46,853 bases of DNA from a bacterium (GTDB taxonomy: Bacteria > Patescibacteriota > Microgenomatia > Daviesbacterales > UBA10151): NCBI GenBank assembly GCA_021790255.1, contig JAJYIE010000006.1, positions 1 to 46,853 on the forward strand. The letters run 5' to 3'. A program made the position numbers and the translations under genes. This document shows positions 18,807-29,098 of this stretch, in pieces; the first letter of the stretch is position 1; the number at the start of each line of letters is the position of its first letter. The notes below the pieces were generated by a model. It was given only the letters and a program-made list of their open reading frames with translations. It was not told the origin of the DNA and did not search any database.

Positions 18807-20483
18807 ATGGGTATCCCCGATGCTGAGCTGGAAAAATTGCTCAGAGAAAACCAATATTTATCCGAAAATGACCTTCAGGCTGCCAAAGAAACTGCTAATC
18901 GGGAAAGTATTCCTCTATCACAGGCGGTAGTCCGGGAAGATTTAATTTCCGATGAAAATTTAGGCAAAGTTATTGCCGATTATTACCAGATTCCGTTTGT
19001 GGATTTGTCAAAAAGTGTCATTCCGGACAATATATTGCACATTATCCCTGAAGCTGTAGCTCGGGCTCAGCATGCAGTTGCTTTCGCTTTGGATGAGTAT
19101 GGGTTGAAACTTGCTACTTCCAACCCTGCCAATAAAGAATTTATAAATTATATCGCCCAAAAAATTGAGGGTAACGTTACTATTTATTTTGCCTCTGACC
19201 ACGATATTGAGGACACCTTAAGCCTTTACCGAAAAGAGCTGCAAAAAACTTTTGATGAACTGTTGAGAAAGCAGGTTCCCGGTAATATTGCCGGCGCTGT
19301 TGCTAACACTTCTGTAACCAGGATTTTAGACTTAATTATTGAATATGCTTACCAGGATAAAGCTTCGGATATCCATATTGAGCCGTACGATGATTATTCC
19401 CTAGTGAGATTTCGGATTGACGGAATTTTGCATGATATTGTCAGTTTGCCCAAAGCTTTTCATGAGCAGATTATCTCACGAATAAAAGTGCTGGCGAAGC
19501 TGCGGACTGATGAGCATTTAAGCGCTCAGGACGGCAAGATGCAAAAAAAGTTTCCTGAGGAGGATTTGGACATAAGGGTTTCTATAATCCCGATTGTTCA
19601 TGGTGAAAAGGCTGTGCTGCGGCTTCTGTCTTCACGCTCCCGCCAGTTTTCTTTTCGTAATCTGGGTATAAGCGACCAGGACCTGGAGAAGATCCGCCGG
19701 GCTTATCAGAAGCCATATGGGATGCTTTTATCAACCGGTCCCACCGGCTCAGGCAAGACAACCACAATTTATGCAATTATTAAGGTTTTAAATACGCGGG
19801 ATAAAAACATTGCAACCATTGAGGACCCGGTTGAATATGAGATTAGGGGAATTAATCAGATTCAGGTCAACGCCAAAACAAACCTTACTTTTTCCGAGGG
19901 GCTGCGGGCTATTTTGCGTCAGGACCCGAATGTGATCTTTGTGGGGGAAATCCGGGATTCTGATACGGCGGCTATGGCAGTCAACTCAGCCATGACTGGC
20001 CACTTGGTTTTATCAACCCTGCATACCAACGATGCAGCCACTGCTTTGCCCCGGCTTATTGATATGGGGATTGAACCGTTTTTGATCTCTTCTACGGTTA
20101 ATGTGGTTATTGCCCAGCGGTTAGTCAGGAAAATTTGTGAAAAATGCCGGGTTTCCATGACGTTGGACGCCAATAAAATCAGCCGTTTAATCCCCCGCAA
20201 ACTGGTACAAAAGTATTTCGGGGCGGATCAGGAAATCCGGGTTTACCGGGGAAAGGGTTGTGCGGTTTGCCGGCAAACAGGTTATACTGGAAGAGTAGGG
20301 TTGTTTGAAGTGCTGGAGATGAGCCATCAGATTCAGGAACTGGTGAACCGTAAAGCTGACTCAAACGCCATCTTTAACCAAGCCCTGCAGGAGGGAATGG
20401 GCACTATGCTGGAAGACGGCCTGGGGAAAGTCCAAAAAGGATTGACAACGATTGAAGAAGTTTTGCGGGCAATTAAGGAGTAA
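18807..20483 (+). CDS. pilB: Type IV pilus assembly ATPase PilB/GspE
   Basis: ASDIHIEP, GPTGSGKTT, TIEDPVE, LRQDPNVIFVGEIRD, GHLVLSTLHTN and CxxC...CxxC motifs. Confidence 0.95.
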   Translation: MGIPDAELEKLLRENQYLSENDLQAAKETANRESIPLSQAVVREDLISDENLGKVIADYYQIPFVDLSKSVIPDNILHIIPEAVARAQHAVAFALDEYGLKLATSNPANKEFINYIAQKIEGNVTIYFASDHDIEDTLSLYRKELQKTFDELLRKQVPGNIAGAVANTSVTRILDLIIEYAYQDKASDIHIEPYDDYSLVRFRIDGILHDIVSLPKAFHEQIISRIKVLAKLRTDEHLSAQDGKMQKKFPEEDLDIRVSIIPIVHGEKAVLRLLSSRSRQFSFRNLGISDQDLEKIRRAYQKPYGMLLSTGPTGSGKTTTIYAIIKVLNTRDKNIATIEDPVEYEIRGINQIQVNAKTNLTFSEGLRAILRQDPNVIFVGEIRDSDTAAMAVNSAMTGHLVLSTLHTNDAATALPRLIDMGIEPFLISSTVNVVIAQRLVRKICEKCRVSMTLDANKISRLIPRKLVQKYFGADQEIRVYRGKGCAVCRQTGYTGRVGLFEVLEMSHQIQELVNRKADSNAIFNQALQEGMGTMLEDGLGKVQKGLTTIEEVLRAIKE

Positions 20484-20485
20484 AA

Positions 20486-21529
20486 ATGAGTGTCAGATTG
20501 TCTAACAAAGACCGCTTGAGTATAGTCAGTGACTTGGGAACAATGCTGTCTGCCGGGATTCCCATTCTGGAGGCAGTTAGCGCCATGCTGGAGGATGCCA
20601 AAGGCAACCAGCGTAATGTTTTGGAAACCCTCTCCCAGGATTTAACTCAGGGAAAAAAGATCTCGGAGTCGTTTGCCAAGTATCCGGATGCTTTCGATAT
20701 CATTACAGTGAATATGATCAAGGCAGCTGAAGAAGCCGGTAAACTGGAAACGACCTTAATGGACGTCAAAACCAATATCAAAAAGAGCATTGAGTTTAAC
20801 GATAAAATTAAATCCGCTTTAACTTATCCGGCTTTTGTTATGGTAATTTTCGGAGGAGTGTTAGCGATTATCTTGATGTTCGTGCTTCCAAAAATTGCCA
20901 TGGTTTTCAGCCGCTTGCGGGTTGATATCCCCTGGACTACCCGGGCCTTGATCAATCTTTCCGATTTTGTAATCAGGTATACACTTTGGATCGCTATTGG
21001 TCTGGCGGTTTTGACTGCCGCTATGATTGCTTTCTACATTTATAAAAGAAAGGTAGTTTTAAACCTATTTTACTCACTTCCTTTAATATCCGGCCTTGTT
21101 CACGAAATTGACCTGACCCGCTTTGCCCGGAGCTTGTCCCTGATGCTGGCAGCCGGCATTCCGATTGTTTATGCCATGGAGCTTTGCCAGCAAGTGGTAC
21201 TCCAAAAGAAGGCACGCAGAGCCTTGGCCAAAATCGGCGCTGATGTTTCTGCCGGCAGGAAGTTGTCGGAAGGCTTTCGTTCAACCAAGCCTATCTTTCC
21301 GGCTCTGATGATCCGGATTACTGAGGCCGGTGAAAAAACCGGTACCCTGGATAAATCGATGCAGGATATCTCAGAATATTATGAGCAGGAAGTGGACAGT
21401 ACTTTAGGTACTTTAACCACCATGCTGGAGCCGGTTATGCTGGTTGTGATCGGACTTTTAGTAGGAGGGCTGATGGTTTCGATTATAGCTCCGATATACA
21501 GCATGATCGGTCAAATCGGAGGAAGATAA
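20486..21529 (+). CDS. pilC: Type IV pilus platform protein PilC/GspF
   Basis: Two GspF repeats (AGIP...AAEEAGKL; GEKTGTL), ALTYP and LEP motifs. Confidence 0.94.
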   Translation: MSVRLSNKDRLSIVSDLGTMLSAGIPILEAVSAMLEDAKGNQRNVLETLSQDLTQGKKISESFAKYPDAFDIITVNMIKAAEEAGKLETTLMDVKTNIKKSIEFNDKIKSALTYPAFVMVIFGGVLAIILMFVLPKIAMVFSRLRVDIPWTTRALINLSDFVIRYTLWIAIGLAVLTAAMIAFYIYKRKVVLNLFYSLPLISGLVHEIDLTRFARSLSLMLAAGIPIVYAMELCQQVVLQKKARRALAKIGADVSAGRKLSEGFRSTKPIFPALMIRITEAGEKTGTLDKSMQDISEYYEQEVDSTLGTLTTMLEPVMLVVIGLLVGGLMVSIIAPIYSMIGQIGGR

Positions 21530-21537
21530 ACCTTTGA

Positions 21538-22104
21538 ATGTGGTTAAGCTTTAGTCTCGCTGCCCCCGTTAAAAGTCTTAAAACCTACGCCGGGCTTTCC
21601 CTGAATGAGCATCAGGGAGCTGAAGGGTTTACTCTGGTGGAGCTGGTTGTGGTAATGGCAATCATGGTAATCCTTCTGGCCATTCCTGGGGTCAACATAA
21701 TCCGTCCTCAATCAACTGCTTCGGTAGACGGGATAGCGGAAATCCTAATGACGGATCTGCGCCAGCAGCAAACCAAAGCTATGCTCGGTGAAAGCGACGG
21801 CGGTAGCCCGGCGCCTTATGGAATTTACTTTGACCTTACGGATAAAATAAACGAGAGGTATGTGTTATTTAAGAATAGTTATGATCCTACCAACCCGGCC
21901 AATTTTGAGGTTAAAATTGATAATAAGAATAATAACATTGATGTTGAACTGCTCCACCCCGCCGGTCAAACCCAGATCCTTTTTGATCGGCAGAGCGGGG
22001 AGCTGGGAACAAATTCCGTAGACAGTATTCAGATAAGCGACCCTGCCACCAGGATCACCAGGATAATTGATATTAACCAATATGGAGCTTTCAATGTTCA
22101 TTAA
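21538..22104 (+). CDS. Minor type IV pilin (FimT/GspH-like)
   Basis: G/FTLVELVVVMAI prepilin cleavage motif. Confidence 0.88.
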   Translation: MWLSFSLAAPVKSLKTYAGLSLNEHQGAEGFTLVELVVVMAIMVILLAIPGVNIIRPQSTASVDGIAEILMTDLRQQQTKAMLGESDGGSPAPYGIYFDLTDKINERYVLFKNSYDPTNPANFEVKIDNKNNNIDVELLHPAGQTQILFDRQSGELGTNSVDSIQISDPATRITRIIDINQYGAFNVH

Positions 22105-24166
22105 AAAAAAGCGCAACTGCAGATTATTAAATTCCGGCCAGAGTGTGGTGGAGCTGGTGATGGTCTTAGCGCTTCTTAGTATCTTAATACCGGCTCTTTG
22201 GGCGGGACTTATTGCTGCACGTTCCGGCAAGGCCCAGCAGGAGCAGCGGTTGAAGGCTACGGCTTTAATGAAAGAGGCGGAGGAGGCAGCGCGCAGCTAC
22301 CGGGAAGCAGGATGGGATAATTTTTATGCTCTCTGCAACGGCAGCAAAGGTTTTCCCGTCTTGGCCGGCAATCACTGGGAAATAAATACCACCACTGACC
22401 ATGAAAGCGTCCAGGGTTTTGACCGTCGGTTGTCATTTGAGCATGTGCTGCGGACGGGAAATATTATCGGTCCGATTACCTTGGGCCCAACCGGGGTGAC
22501 TGATCCCTCTCTTTGCCGGGTAACAGCGACGGTTTCATGGGATAACCCGCCACCTTTTCACTACCAGGTTCAGTCGGTCTTTTATCTCTCCCGCTATCTG
22601 GACAATATGAGCCTGACTCAAACTACGGTAAATGATTTTAATGCCGGCCAAAAAACAGATGTGGTGGTAACCGACAATAATGGCGGGGAGGTCAGTTTAG
22701 GTATTGCCGGGCCTGGTTTCGGTGACTGGTGCTCTTCCAATATCGCCCCGGTCAAGACTGTAGATCTTTACGGCCAGGGTATTGCCAAAACAGTGGGAGC
22801 AACCTACCTGCATGCTTACGCCGGAACAGGTAATAATGCCTCCGGTCCAGATGCTACCGGAATCACTCTGACAGACCCCGGTGTTTATCCGCCAAACCTT
22901 CCTGACGCCTATGTTGCCTGGCAAACGGCTCAGACAACTAATGATAAAGTCAATGATATCTACGCTAATGGGAACTATGCTTACCTGGCCACCAACCGTA
23001 ACGCCGAGGAGATTATTGTTCTGGACTATACCCAGGGCGGGAAGAAAGTTACCTCTTTTGATTTGCCTGGCCCGCAATCGGCCATGAGAGTATTTGTCAA
23101 AGGTAATATTGGTTACGCTTTGCAGGGCGGCAGTCTTTATACTTTTGATGCCGACCCAAGCCGTTATACCGATAATTACAGCCGCCCCCCGACTGCTGCT
23201 TTTGCCCTGGGGGGGGCTGGTTTAGGAATCAAAGTGACAAGCATTGGGGGCATTGATTATGCCTTTGTGGCGGTTGGCTCAACAACGAACCAGATGGAAA
23301 TTTGGAAGGTCAACAATATAAATAATTTGCAAAGGGTGTCAACATTCCATGTTAACGGAGGAGCAGGCCGGGATTTGGACGTTTCATCTAATGGTTCCCT
23401 GGTGTTTTTGGTGACTGCAGCAGGCTCGGGAAATGACTTTTTTATCATTAACACCCAAAATCCGGCCAGCCCGAGCTTGCTTTCGGTCCAGACAGTGCCG
23501 GACGGAACTGACCCGATCCGGGTCGATATGGTGTTAACCAAAGGCCGGGCAATTATTGTCGGATCAGGAACGACAACTTACTGGGTTTATAACACTGAGG
23601 ACCTGACGGCTCCCGTAAATTGTGCCAGCCTTAAAGTGGGGACTAAGGTTTATGATGTTTCCTCAGTGGAGGAGCCGGACGGGGACGCCTTTGCCTATAT
23701 TGTTACCGACAATGCCAATGCCGAGTTTCAGATTATTCTGGGTGGAGGGGGGAATAAGATGGCTACCTCGGGAACTTTTGAATCGGAAACTCTTCCGGTG
23801 CCTTACTTAACCAACCAGGCTCTTTTTAACCGCTTTATCGCAACTTATGATCAGCCGTCTAATTCGATGCTAAAGTTTAGGGTAGCAGTGGTTAATGCGG
23901 ATCCGGTAACAGGCTGTGCCGGCGCAGATTTTTCCAATGCTTATGTCGGGCCAAGCGGGGATCCGAACTCAACCGACCCCAATGATTACTTTTACAACTC
24001 TACCGGCGGCACCGGTTTAACTTTGGCTGCACCGATCCCATTCCCATCAACAGATTCTGCCTACAAAAATCCCGGGATGTGTTTCCGCTACAAAGTTTGG
24101 TTTACTGCTTCCTCTGATGCCCAATCACCGATTTTGGATGACTTTACCATCAATTACACACCATGA
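22094..24166 (+). CDS. Large pilin-anchored adhesin with beta-propeller (LVIVD-like) repeats
   Basis: G/QSVVELVMVLALL prepilin motif and repeated V.V.GNYAYL/IIVLD-type strands. Confidence 0.8.
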   Translation: MFIKKKRNCRLLNSGQSVVELVMVLALLSILIPALWAGLIAARSGKAQQEQRLKATALMKEAEEAARSYREAGWDNFYALCNGSKGFPVLAGNHWEINTTTDHESVQGFDRRLSFEHVLRTGNIIGPITLGPTGVTDPSLCRVTATVSWDNPPPFHYQVQSVFYLSRYLDNMSLTQTTVNDFNAGQKTDVVVTDNNGGEVSLGIAGPGFGDWCSSNIAPVKTVDLYGQGIAKTVGATYLHAYAGTGNNASGPDATGITLTDPGVYPPNLPDAYVAWQTAQTTNDKVNDIYANGNYAYLATNRNAEEIIVLDYTQGGKKVTSFDLPGPQSAMRVFVKGNIGYALQGGSLYTFDADPSRYTDNYSRPPTAAFALGGAGLGIKVTSIGGIDYAFVAVGSTTNQMEIWKVNNINNLQRVSTFHVNGGAGRDLDVSSNGSLVFLVTAAGSGNDFFIINTQNPASPSLLSVQTVPDGTDPIRVDMVLTKGRAIIVGSGTTTYWVYNTEDLTAPVNCASLKVGTKVYDVSSVEEPDGDAFAYIVTDNANAEFQIILGGGGNKMATSGTFESETLPVPYLTNQALFNRFIATYDQPSNSMLKFRVAVVNADPVTGCAGADFSNAYVGPSGDPNSTDPNDYFYNSTGGTGLTLAAPIPFPSTDSAYKNPGMCFRYKVWFTASSDAQSPILDDFTINYTP

Positions 24167-24702
24167 ACATTAAAATTTTTAAAAACAGGTTTTGTAAAGC
24201 GTCAGGAAAACAGCGGGGGTTTACCCTGGTGGAGTTGGTGGTGTACATGGCCTTAATGAGCTTGTTGATGGTGACTATTACCGACCTGTTTGTGGGGATT
24301 GTCCAGACTAAAGTTGAATCAGAATCATCATCAGCCGTTGAGAGGGACGGCCAGCTGATTTTAGCTCGCCTAAGGTATGACATCAGCCGGGCCACGGAAA
24401 TAGACGCTCCCTCTCTCCCCGGTGCTTCCGGCAGTATTTTGGAACTAAAGACCAGCGGCCCTGACTATACGTACATCTTGTCAGGTAGTAACCTTCTTTT
24501 ATATGATAGCTCCACCCATGGGTTACCTTTAAACAGTACGGAGACAAAAGTCACTAATTTGTCTTTTACCAAGGTTGACAACCCGACAGTTACCGGCACC
24601 AAAGATACAATTCAGGTTAACCTGACCTTAGAAAGCCTGGGCCAGGTTGACAGCCGGCCAGAGAGCCGGACTTATCAAACTACTTTCGGGAGGAGAGAAT
24701 GA
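24163..24702 (+). CDS. Minor type IV pilin (PilW/GspJ-like)
   Basis: RG/FTLVELVVYMAL motif. Confidence 0.88.
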   Translation: MNIKIFKNRFCKASGKQRGFTLVELVVYMALMSLLMVTITDLFVGIVQTKVESESSSAVERDGQLILARLRYDISRATEIDAPSLPGASGSILELKTSGPDYTYILSGSNLLLYDSSTHGLPLNSTETKVTNLSFTKVDNPTVTGTKDTIQVNLTLESLGQVDSRPESRTYQTTFGRRE

Positions 24703-25109
24703 AGACTTACCAATCCGGTCAGGCCCTCATAGTTGTTCTGGTGATTATGGCTATGGGTATTACGGTCATTACAGCCGCAATAGCTTTGGTGGCCACTACT
24801 TCTTTGACTGCCAGCCGTTTTGAGATTGGTGATATGGCTTTGGCAGCGGCGGAATCGGGAGTAGAGGAAAGCATCAACCAGATGCTTCGTGATCCAAAAA
24901 CGGAAACAGTAAATATTCCGGTAGGAAATACCGGCGTGGACGAAAATGTCGTTGTGGATACAAACTACAACAACGGCAGCGGACAGTTTGATATTACCTC
25001 AACCGGGACGATCACCACTGCCCTAAACAGTTCCATCACCCGGAAAGTGGTTGTTTCCGGCACTTACAAAGATAAGCTGGAAATTAGCAGCTGGGAGGAA
25101 GCTGACTGA
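24699..25109 (+). CDS. PilX/GspK-like minor pilin
   Basis: SG/QALIVVLVIM (no E5), AAAESGVEE, and C-terminal SWEE. Confidence 0.82.
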   Translation: MKTYQSGQALIVVLVIMAMGITVITAAIALVATTSLTASRFEIGDMALAAAESGVEESINQMLRDPKTETVNIPVGNTGVDENVVVDTNYNNGSGQFDITSTGTITTALNSSITRKVVVSGTYKDKLEISSWEEAD

Positions 25110-25948
25110 TGGCTTTTGCAAATCAACTGGATTTTGTTATTTACCTGACAGAAGAAGGGTTGCAGTTGTACGACGGTACTCCTGCTCCCAAGATATTATC
25201 TTTAACCGAAGATGTCTTTTTATACCAGGAGATCAAGGATAAAATCAAGCTGGAAAAACTGCTGAGGGATTTTTTTACTCCGCTGCAGGTTGCTAAAAAA
25301 CAGGCAGTTTTAGTGATCTCAGCCCGGTTGAGCTACATTAAGGTTATTTCCAAACCTCCGGTAACCGAAGAGGTTAAGCGGGAGTTTTTGTCGACTGTTC
25401 CTATAAACCCGCTACAGATTTATTTTTTACAGCTGAAAATCAACCTGGGTTATGCTCTATTGGCAGTCAACAAAGAATACACGGACAGCATCCGGCAGGT
25501 TTTTGAGGCTTTAGGAGGCAGAATCCGCTATGCGGTTCCGCAGGCTCTTTTTGGCAATATCGGCCAGTCAGGGAACCTTACCCCGGATGACCAGCGTCTT
25601 ATTACCGGCAAGGAACACCTTTTATCATACGGCAATTTTTTATCCGAAAATGTCCGGACTGCCGCTCCACTTTCGGAAACTTTTACGCCGATTCAACGTC
25701 CCTTGGTTCCAGCCGAAACCTGGATGGATAAAGTCGGCTCGCTGCTGCCGGGAAATGCAGGCGCGAACTTAGGTGAACCTGCTCAGCCGGCCACTCCTGG
25801 TTTAAGCAGGCAGCCTGGGGATGCCTCAGCACATAAAACCGCAGGAGGATCGTCGGCAGCAAAGTCCAAAAAAAGGCTTGTTTTGATGATTGGGGGAATG
25901 GTAGTGCTGGTAGCCTGTTGGGTGATAATTATTAAGATAATTTTCTAA
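25109..25948 (+). CDS. Hypothetical protein with degenerate PilM/GspL-like cytoplasmic domain and C-terminal TM
   Basis: Located in the pilus cluster. Actin-like pattern (EIKD..KL..LL, AVLVIS, VP, LAVNKE...FEALG), Pro-rich linker and terminal TM. Confidence 0.65.
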   Translation: MAFANQLDFVIYLTEEGLQLYDGTPAPKILSLTEDVFLYQEIKDKIKLEKLLRDFFTPLQVAKKQAVLVISARLSYIKVISKPPVTEEVKREFLSTVPINPLQIYFLQLKINLGYALLAVNKEYTDSIRQVFEALGGRIRYAVPQALFGNIGQSGNLTPDDQRLITGKEHLLSYGNFLSENVRTAAPLSETFTPIQRPLVPAETWMDKVGSLLPGNAGANLGEPAQPATPGLSRQPGDASAHKTAGGSSAAKSKKRLVLMIGGMVVLVACWVIIIKIIF

Positions 25949-26092
25949 AGATTTAGCAGAGATTCCCGTCACTGAGTGAAGCGAAGGGGCGGGGGTATCT
26001 ATGTGCTTCGGATGGTATCTGATTTAGCTGGTACATACTCATATGCTACTAAACTCTGTACCAATAGCTTTAGATTACCTCAAAATCGTATC

Positions 26093-26122
26093 TTGACAAA
26101 ACAGCAGTCAGGACTTTACACT
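26093..26122 (+). promoter_or_regulatory. sigma70 promoter of the major pilin
   Basis: TTGACA (26093-26098), 18 nt, TACACT (26117-26122), ATG 10 nt downstream. Confidence 0.6.
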
Positions 26123-26132
26123 AAATATAGAT

Positions 26133-26582
26133 ATGCATCTGCCCAAGTCGAGACTCTCCGGTTTTACTCTCGTGGAATTGATTGTGGTTCTGGCGATTCT
26201 TTCCATTATTTTGGCCCTGGTGCTGGTGGCTATTAACCCGGCCAAGAGGTTGTCTGATGCTGCTGATACGCAAAGATGGAGTGATATTAATAATATCTTA
26301 AACGCAATTAATCAATATGCAGCTGATAATAAGAATTTGCCGCCGGGGGTCACTACTACCGCTATGAAATTGTCCAGCCCCGGCGCCACTGGTTTTTGTA
26401 ATGCGTTGGTCAACGGTGGTTATTTGGCAGTAATGCCGGTGGATAACTCTGACGGAGGAGCTTTTACGGATTGCAATAATTTTACCACCGGAGGTACTGG
26501 GTATACAGTAGTGCGCCTGACTAACGGGTCGGTTCAGGTTTCCACTCAGAATTCCAGCGGTCCAATTAAAGTTGTCCGCTAA
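26133..26582 (+). CDS. Type IV pilin, probably the major pilin
   Basis: G/FTLVELIVVLAILSII, INPAK, two Cys and a separate promoter. Confidence 0.9.
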   Translation: MHLPKSRLSGFTLVELIVVLAILSIILALVLVAINPAKRLSDAADTQRWSDINNILNAINQYAADNKNLPPGVTTTAMKLSSPGATGFCNALVNGGYLAVMPVDNSDGGAFTDCNNFTTGGTGYTVVRLTNGSVQVSTQNSSGPIKVVR

Positions 26583-26742
26583 AAAACTTTCTTTCGTGAT
26601 TTTCTCGCACCAGTTGAAATTCTCATCTTTGTGCTTTTTTTAACTCCAGATAAATGAACCCTTCTCCGCAGTAAACTGCGAGGTATCCTCGCTCAAAATG
26701 AACCTGCGATAAGATAGAAAATTTTGTTATACTAGACACAAG

Positions 26743-28263
26743 ATGCTTGCAAAAGTGGTATCCGGGGCGAATGTGGGTTTGGACTGTGTGCCGGTGACTG
26801 TGGAGGTGGATATTGCCTCACAAGGGCTGCCTTCTTTTACGATTGTCGGTCTGGCTGACAGAGCAGTGGAGGAAGCCAAAGAGCGGGTACGGGCAGCTCT
26901 TAGGAATTGCGGCGCCAATTTTCCGCCAAAACGGATTACCGTTAACCTGGCTCCGGCTGATTTGCCCAAAGAAGGGCCGGCTTTTGATCTGCCGATTGCT
27001 TTGGGGGTGCTAGTAGCCTCAGGCCAGCTGGAGAGCAAACTGGATGAGACCCTGGTGGTGGGGGAATTGTCCTTGGACGGAGGGCTGCGCTCAACACGGG
27101 GAATTTTAGCTTTTGCCATGCTGGCAAAAGGTATGGGGGCAAAAAGAATCTTTGTTCCCAAAGAAAATGCAGCCGAAGCAGCAGTGGTAGACGGGGTACA
27201 GGTTTTTTCTTTCGGGAACCTTCTGGAAGTATTTCAGTTTCTTACAAACGCCCTGGAAGTAAAGCCTGAAGCGCCGACAGGGCTTTGGGGGAGAGAAGAT
27301 CAGGTTTTCGAGTATGATTTTAAAGATATCAAGGGACAACAACAAGCCAAAAGAGCCCTGGAGATTGCTGCTGCCGGCGGTCACAATATTTTGATGAAAG
27401 GCCCGCCCGGAGCCGGAAAAACACTGCTTGCAAGGTCTTTGGCCTCAATACTGCCAACTCTTTCTAAAGAGGAGATTTTAGAGGTAACCAAGATTTACTC
27501 CATCTCCGGCAACATGCCTGCAAACCGGCCATTTATCACTATCCGCCCATTCCGTAGTCCTCACCACACTGCCTCATACGTCGGAATTATCGGCGGGGGA
27601 AATATTATTAAGCCCGGCGAGGTGTCACTTGCTCACAGAGGAGTGCTGTTTTTAGACGAGCTGCCGGAATTTCCGCGTATGATTCTAGAAGCGCTGCGCC
27701 AGCCTATGGAAGATCGGCAGGTGACTATATCCCGCAGCAGTGGATCACTGACTTTTCCATCGCAGTTTATTTTACTGGCCGCCCAAAACCCCTGTCCGTG
27801 CGGGTTTTTAGGCAGCCCGAATAAGCATTGTGTTTGTATGCCCGGACAAATTGCCCGCTATAAAAAGAAGGTTTCCGGCCCGCTTCTTGATAGAATTGAT
27901 ATTCATCTGGAGGTGCCGGCGGTTGAACTGGAAAAATTGACTGGCGAAGACGATCCTGAGGATTCAAAAACTGTCCGGGAGATGGTAGAAAAAGCCCGGC
28001 AAATTCAAATTAAGCGGTTTTATGGTGAAGGGATCCTGACTAATGCGGAGATGGGCAGCCAGCATATAAAACGGTACTGCCAGATTACTGCGGAAGGCCT
28101 GGAGCTTCTTAAGCTGGCTATTTCCCAGATGAATCTGTCAGCCCGGGGTTATCACCGGGCTTTGAAGCTAGCCCGGACAATTGCTGATCTTTCTGAGTCG
28201 GAAAATATTTTACCGGAGTATGTGGCAGAAGCCTTAACTTACCGCGCCAGAGAAGAAAGTTAA
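26743..28263 (+). CDS. comM: YifB/ComM family Mg-chelatase-like AAA+ ATPase
   Basis: RITVNLAPADLPKEG, GPPGAGKT, PFRSPHH, LFLDE, NPCPCG and SGPLLDRID motifs. Confidence 0.96.
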   Translation: MLAKVVSGANVGLDCVPVTVEVDIASQGLPSFTIVGLADRAVEEAKERVRAALRNCGANFPPKRITVNLAPADLPKEGPAFDLPIALGVLVASGQLESKLDETLVVGELSLDGGLRSTRGILAFAMLAKGMGAKRIFVPKENAAEAAVVDGVQVFSFGNLLEVFQFLTNALEVKPEAPTGLWGREDQVFEYDFKDIKGQQQAKRALEIAAAGGHNILMKGPPGAGKTLLARSLASILPTLSKEEILEVTKIYSISGNMPANRPFITIRPFRSPHHTASYVGIIGGGNIIKPGEVSLAHRGVLFLDELPEFPRMILEALRQPMEDRQVTISRSSGSLTFPSQFILLAAQNPCPCGFLGSPNKHCVCMPGQIARYKKKVSGPLLDRIDIHLEVPAVELEKLTGEDDPEDSKTVREMVEKARQIQIKRFYGEGILTNAEMGSQHIKRYCQITAEGLELLKLAISQMNLSARGYHRALKLARTIADLSESENILPEYVAEALTYRAREES

Positions 28264-28264
28264 G

Positions 28265-29092
28265 TTAAGCGGTTGTCAGAGTGTGAACCGGAGAAGATTC
28301 AGGTAAAAGCTCGGCGGAGAAGATATCATAGTAATTTCCTGTCAATTTCCGGGATTGAAAGGCAATAAACTCGTGAAATCCTGCATAGTGAATGTCTATT
28401 TCGCTTAAATGATCGAGCTCGTAATTATATGGTTCACCCCGGAATTGTTCAAAAGCAACATTGCCGGCTTTTGAAAAAACCCGAAGATAAAATTCCTTGG
28501 CATCAGCCTCAAGAATGGGTTTTAAATTCGGCAGCAAGCGCGCATAATCCTTACCATGGCGGGGAAATATCTCGGTATGATGCTCCCGGCTTGCCCTGAT
28601 TTTTGTAAGCCATCCTAAAAGCGGCAGCGGTTCCCGGACGGTGGTAGTCATCAATAGCCCTTCATGCTTAAGACAGCTGCCAAGCTGTTCAGACATATTT
28701 TCTACCTGCCTATCGCTCATAAAAGGCAGTACATGGTCTAAAACTATTATGTCAACTGATTCTGGTCGTAAAGGTATCTCCTGAAGGTCGGCAGCAAACC
28801 TAAAGGGTATAACCGAGGGGTTAATTTTACTGATAGCTTTTGGGACAATATCCAGGCCCAGGAATTTATTTTGAGGATGCGGGTGGATGTGGCTAAAAAG
28901 TTTTCTGAAAGCATGCGCCCCGCCAATATAAGGATGGCAGCCTCCCATCAGGAAAATGCCGGGTTCGCTTTCGGGTAAAAGATCGGGATTTTTGCGGTGA
29001 AGCACGTCGCAGGCCCGATGGTACGCGAAGTCCTGCGTCCCTAAATGATTCTGCACAGGGATAACTTTTTCGTGATATTCAGATAATCCCAT
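28265..29092 (-). CDS. Class I SAM-dependent methyltransferase-like protein
   Basis: Degenerate motif I (FLMGGC), LGLDI, ADLQEIPL..ESVDIIVLDHVLPFM and LKHEGLL. Confidence 0.7.
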   Translation of the reverse strand: MGLSEYHEKVIPVQNHLGTQDFAYHRACDVLHRKNPDLLPESEPGIFLMGGCHPYIGGAHAFRKLFSHIHPHPQNKFLGLDIVPKAISKINPSVIPFRFAADLQEIPLRPESVDIIVLDHVLPFMSDRQVENMSEQLGSCLKHEGLLMTTTVREPLPLLGWLTKIRASREHHTEIFPRHGKDYARLLPNLKPILEADAKEFYLRVFSKAGNVAFEQFRGEPYNYELDHLSEIDIHYAGFHEFIAFQSRKLTGNYYDIFSAELLPESSPVHTLTTA

Positions 29093-29098
29093 AGTAAA

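Noticed and set aside
18745-18930. 61-aa ORF coupled to the response regulator
   Set aside because: It overlaps pilB out of frame and has no recognisable features.
26663-26687. CGCAG-taaa-CTGCG hairpin as an IS200/IS605 end
   Set aside because: A single short palindrome with no tnpA/tnpB nearby; insufficient evidence.
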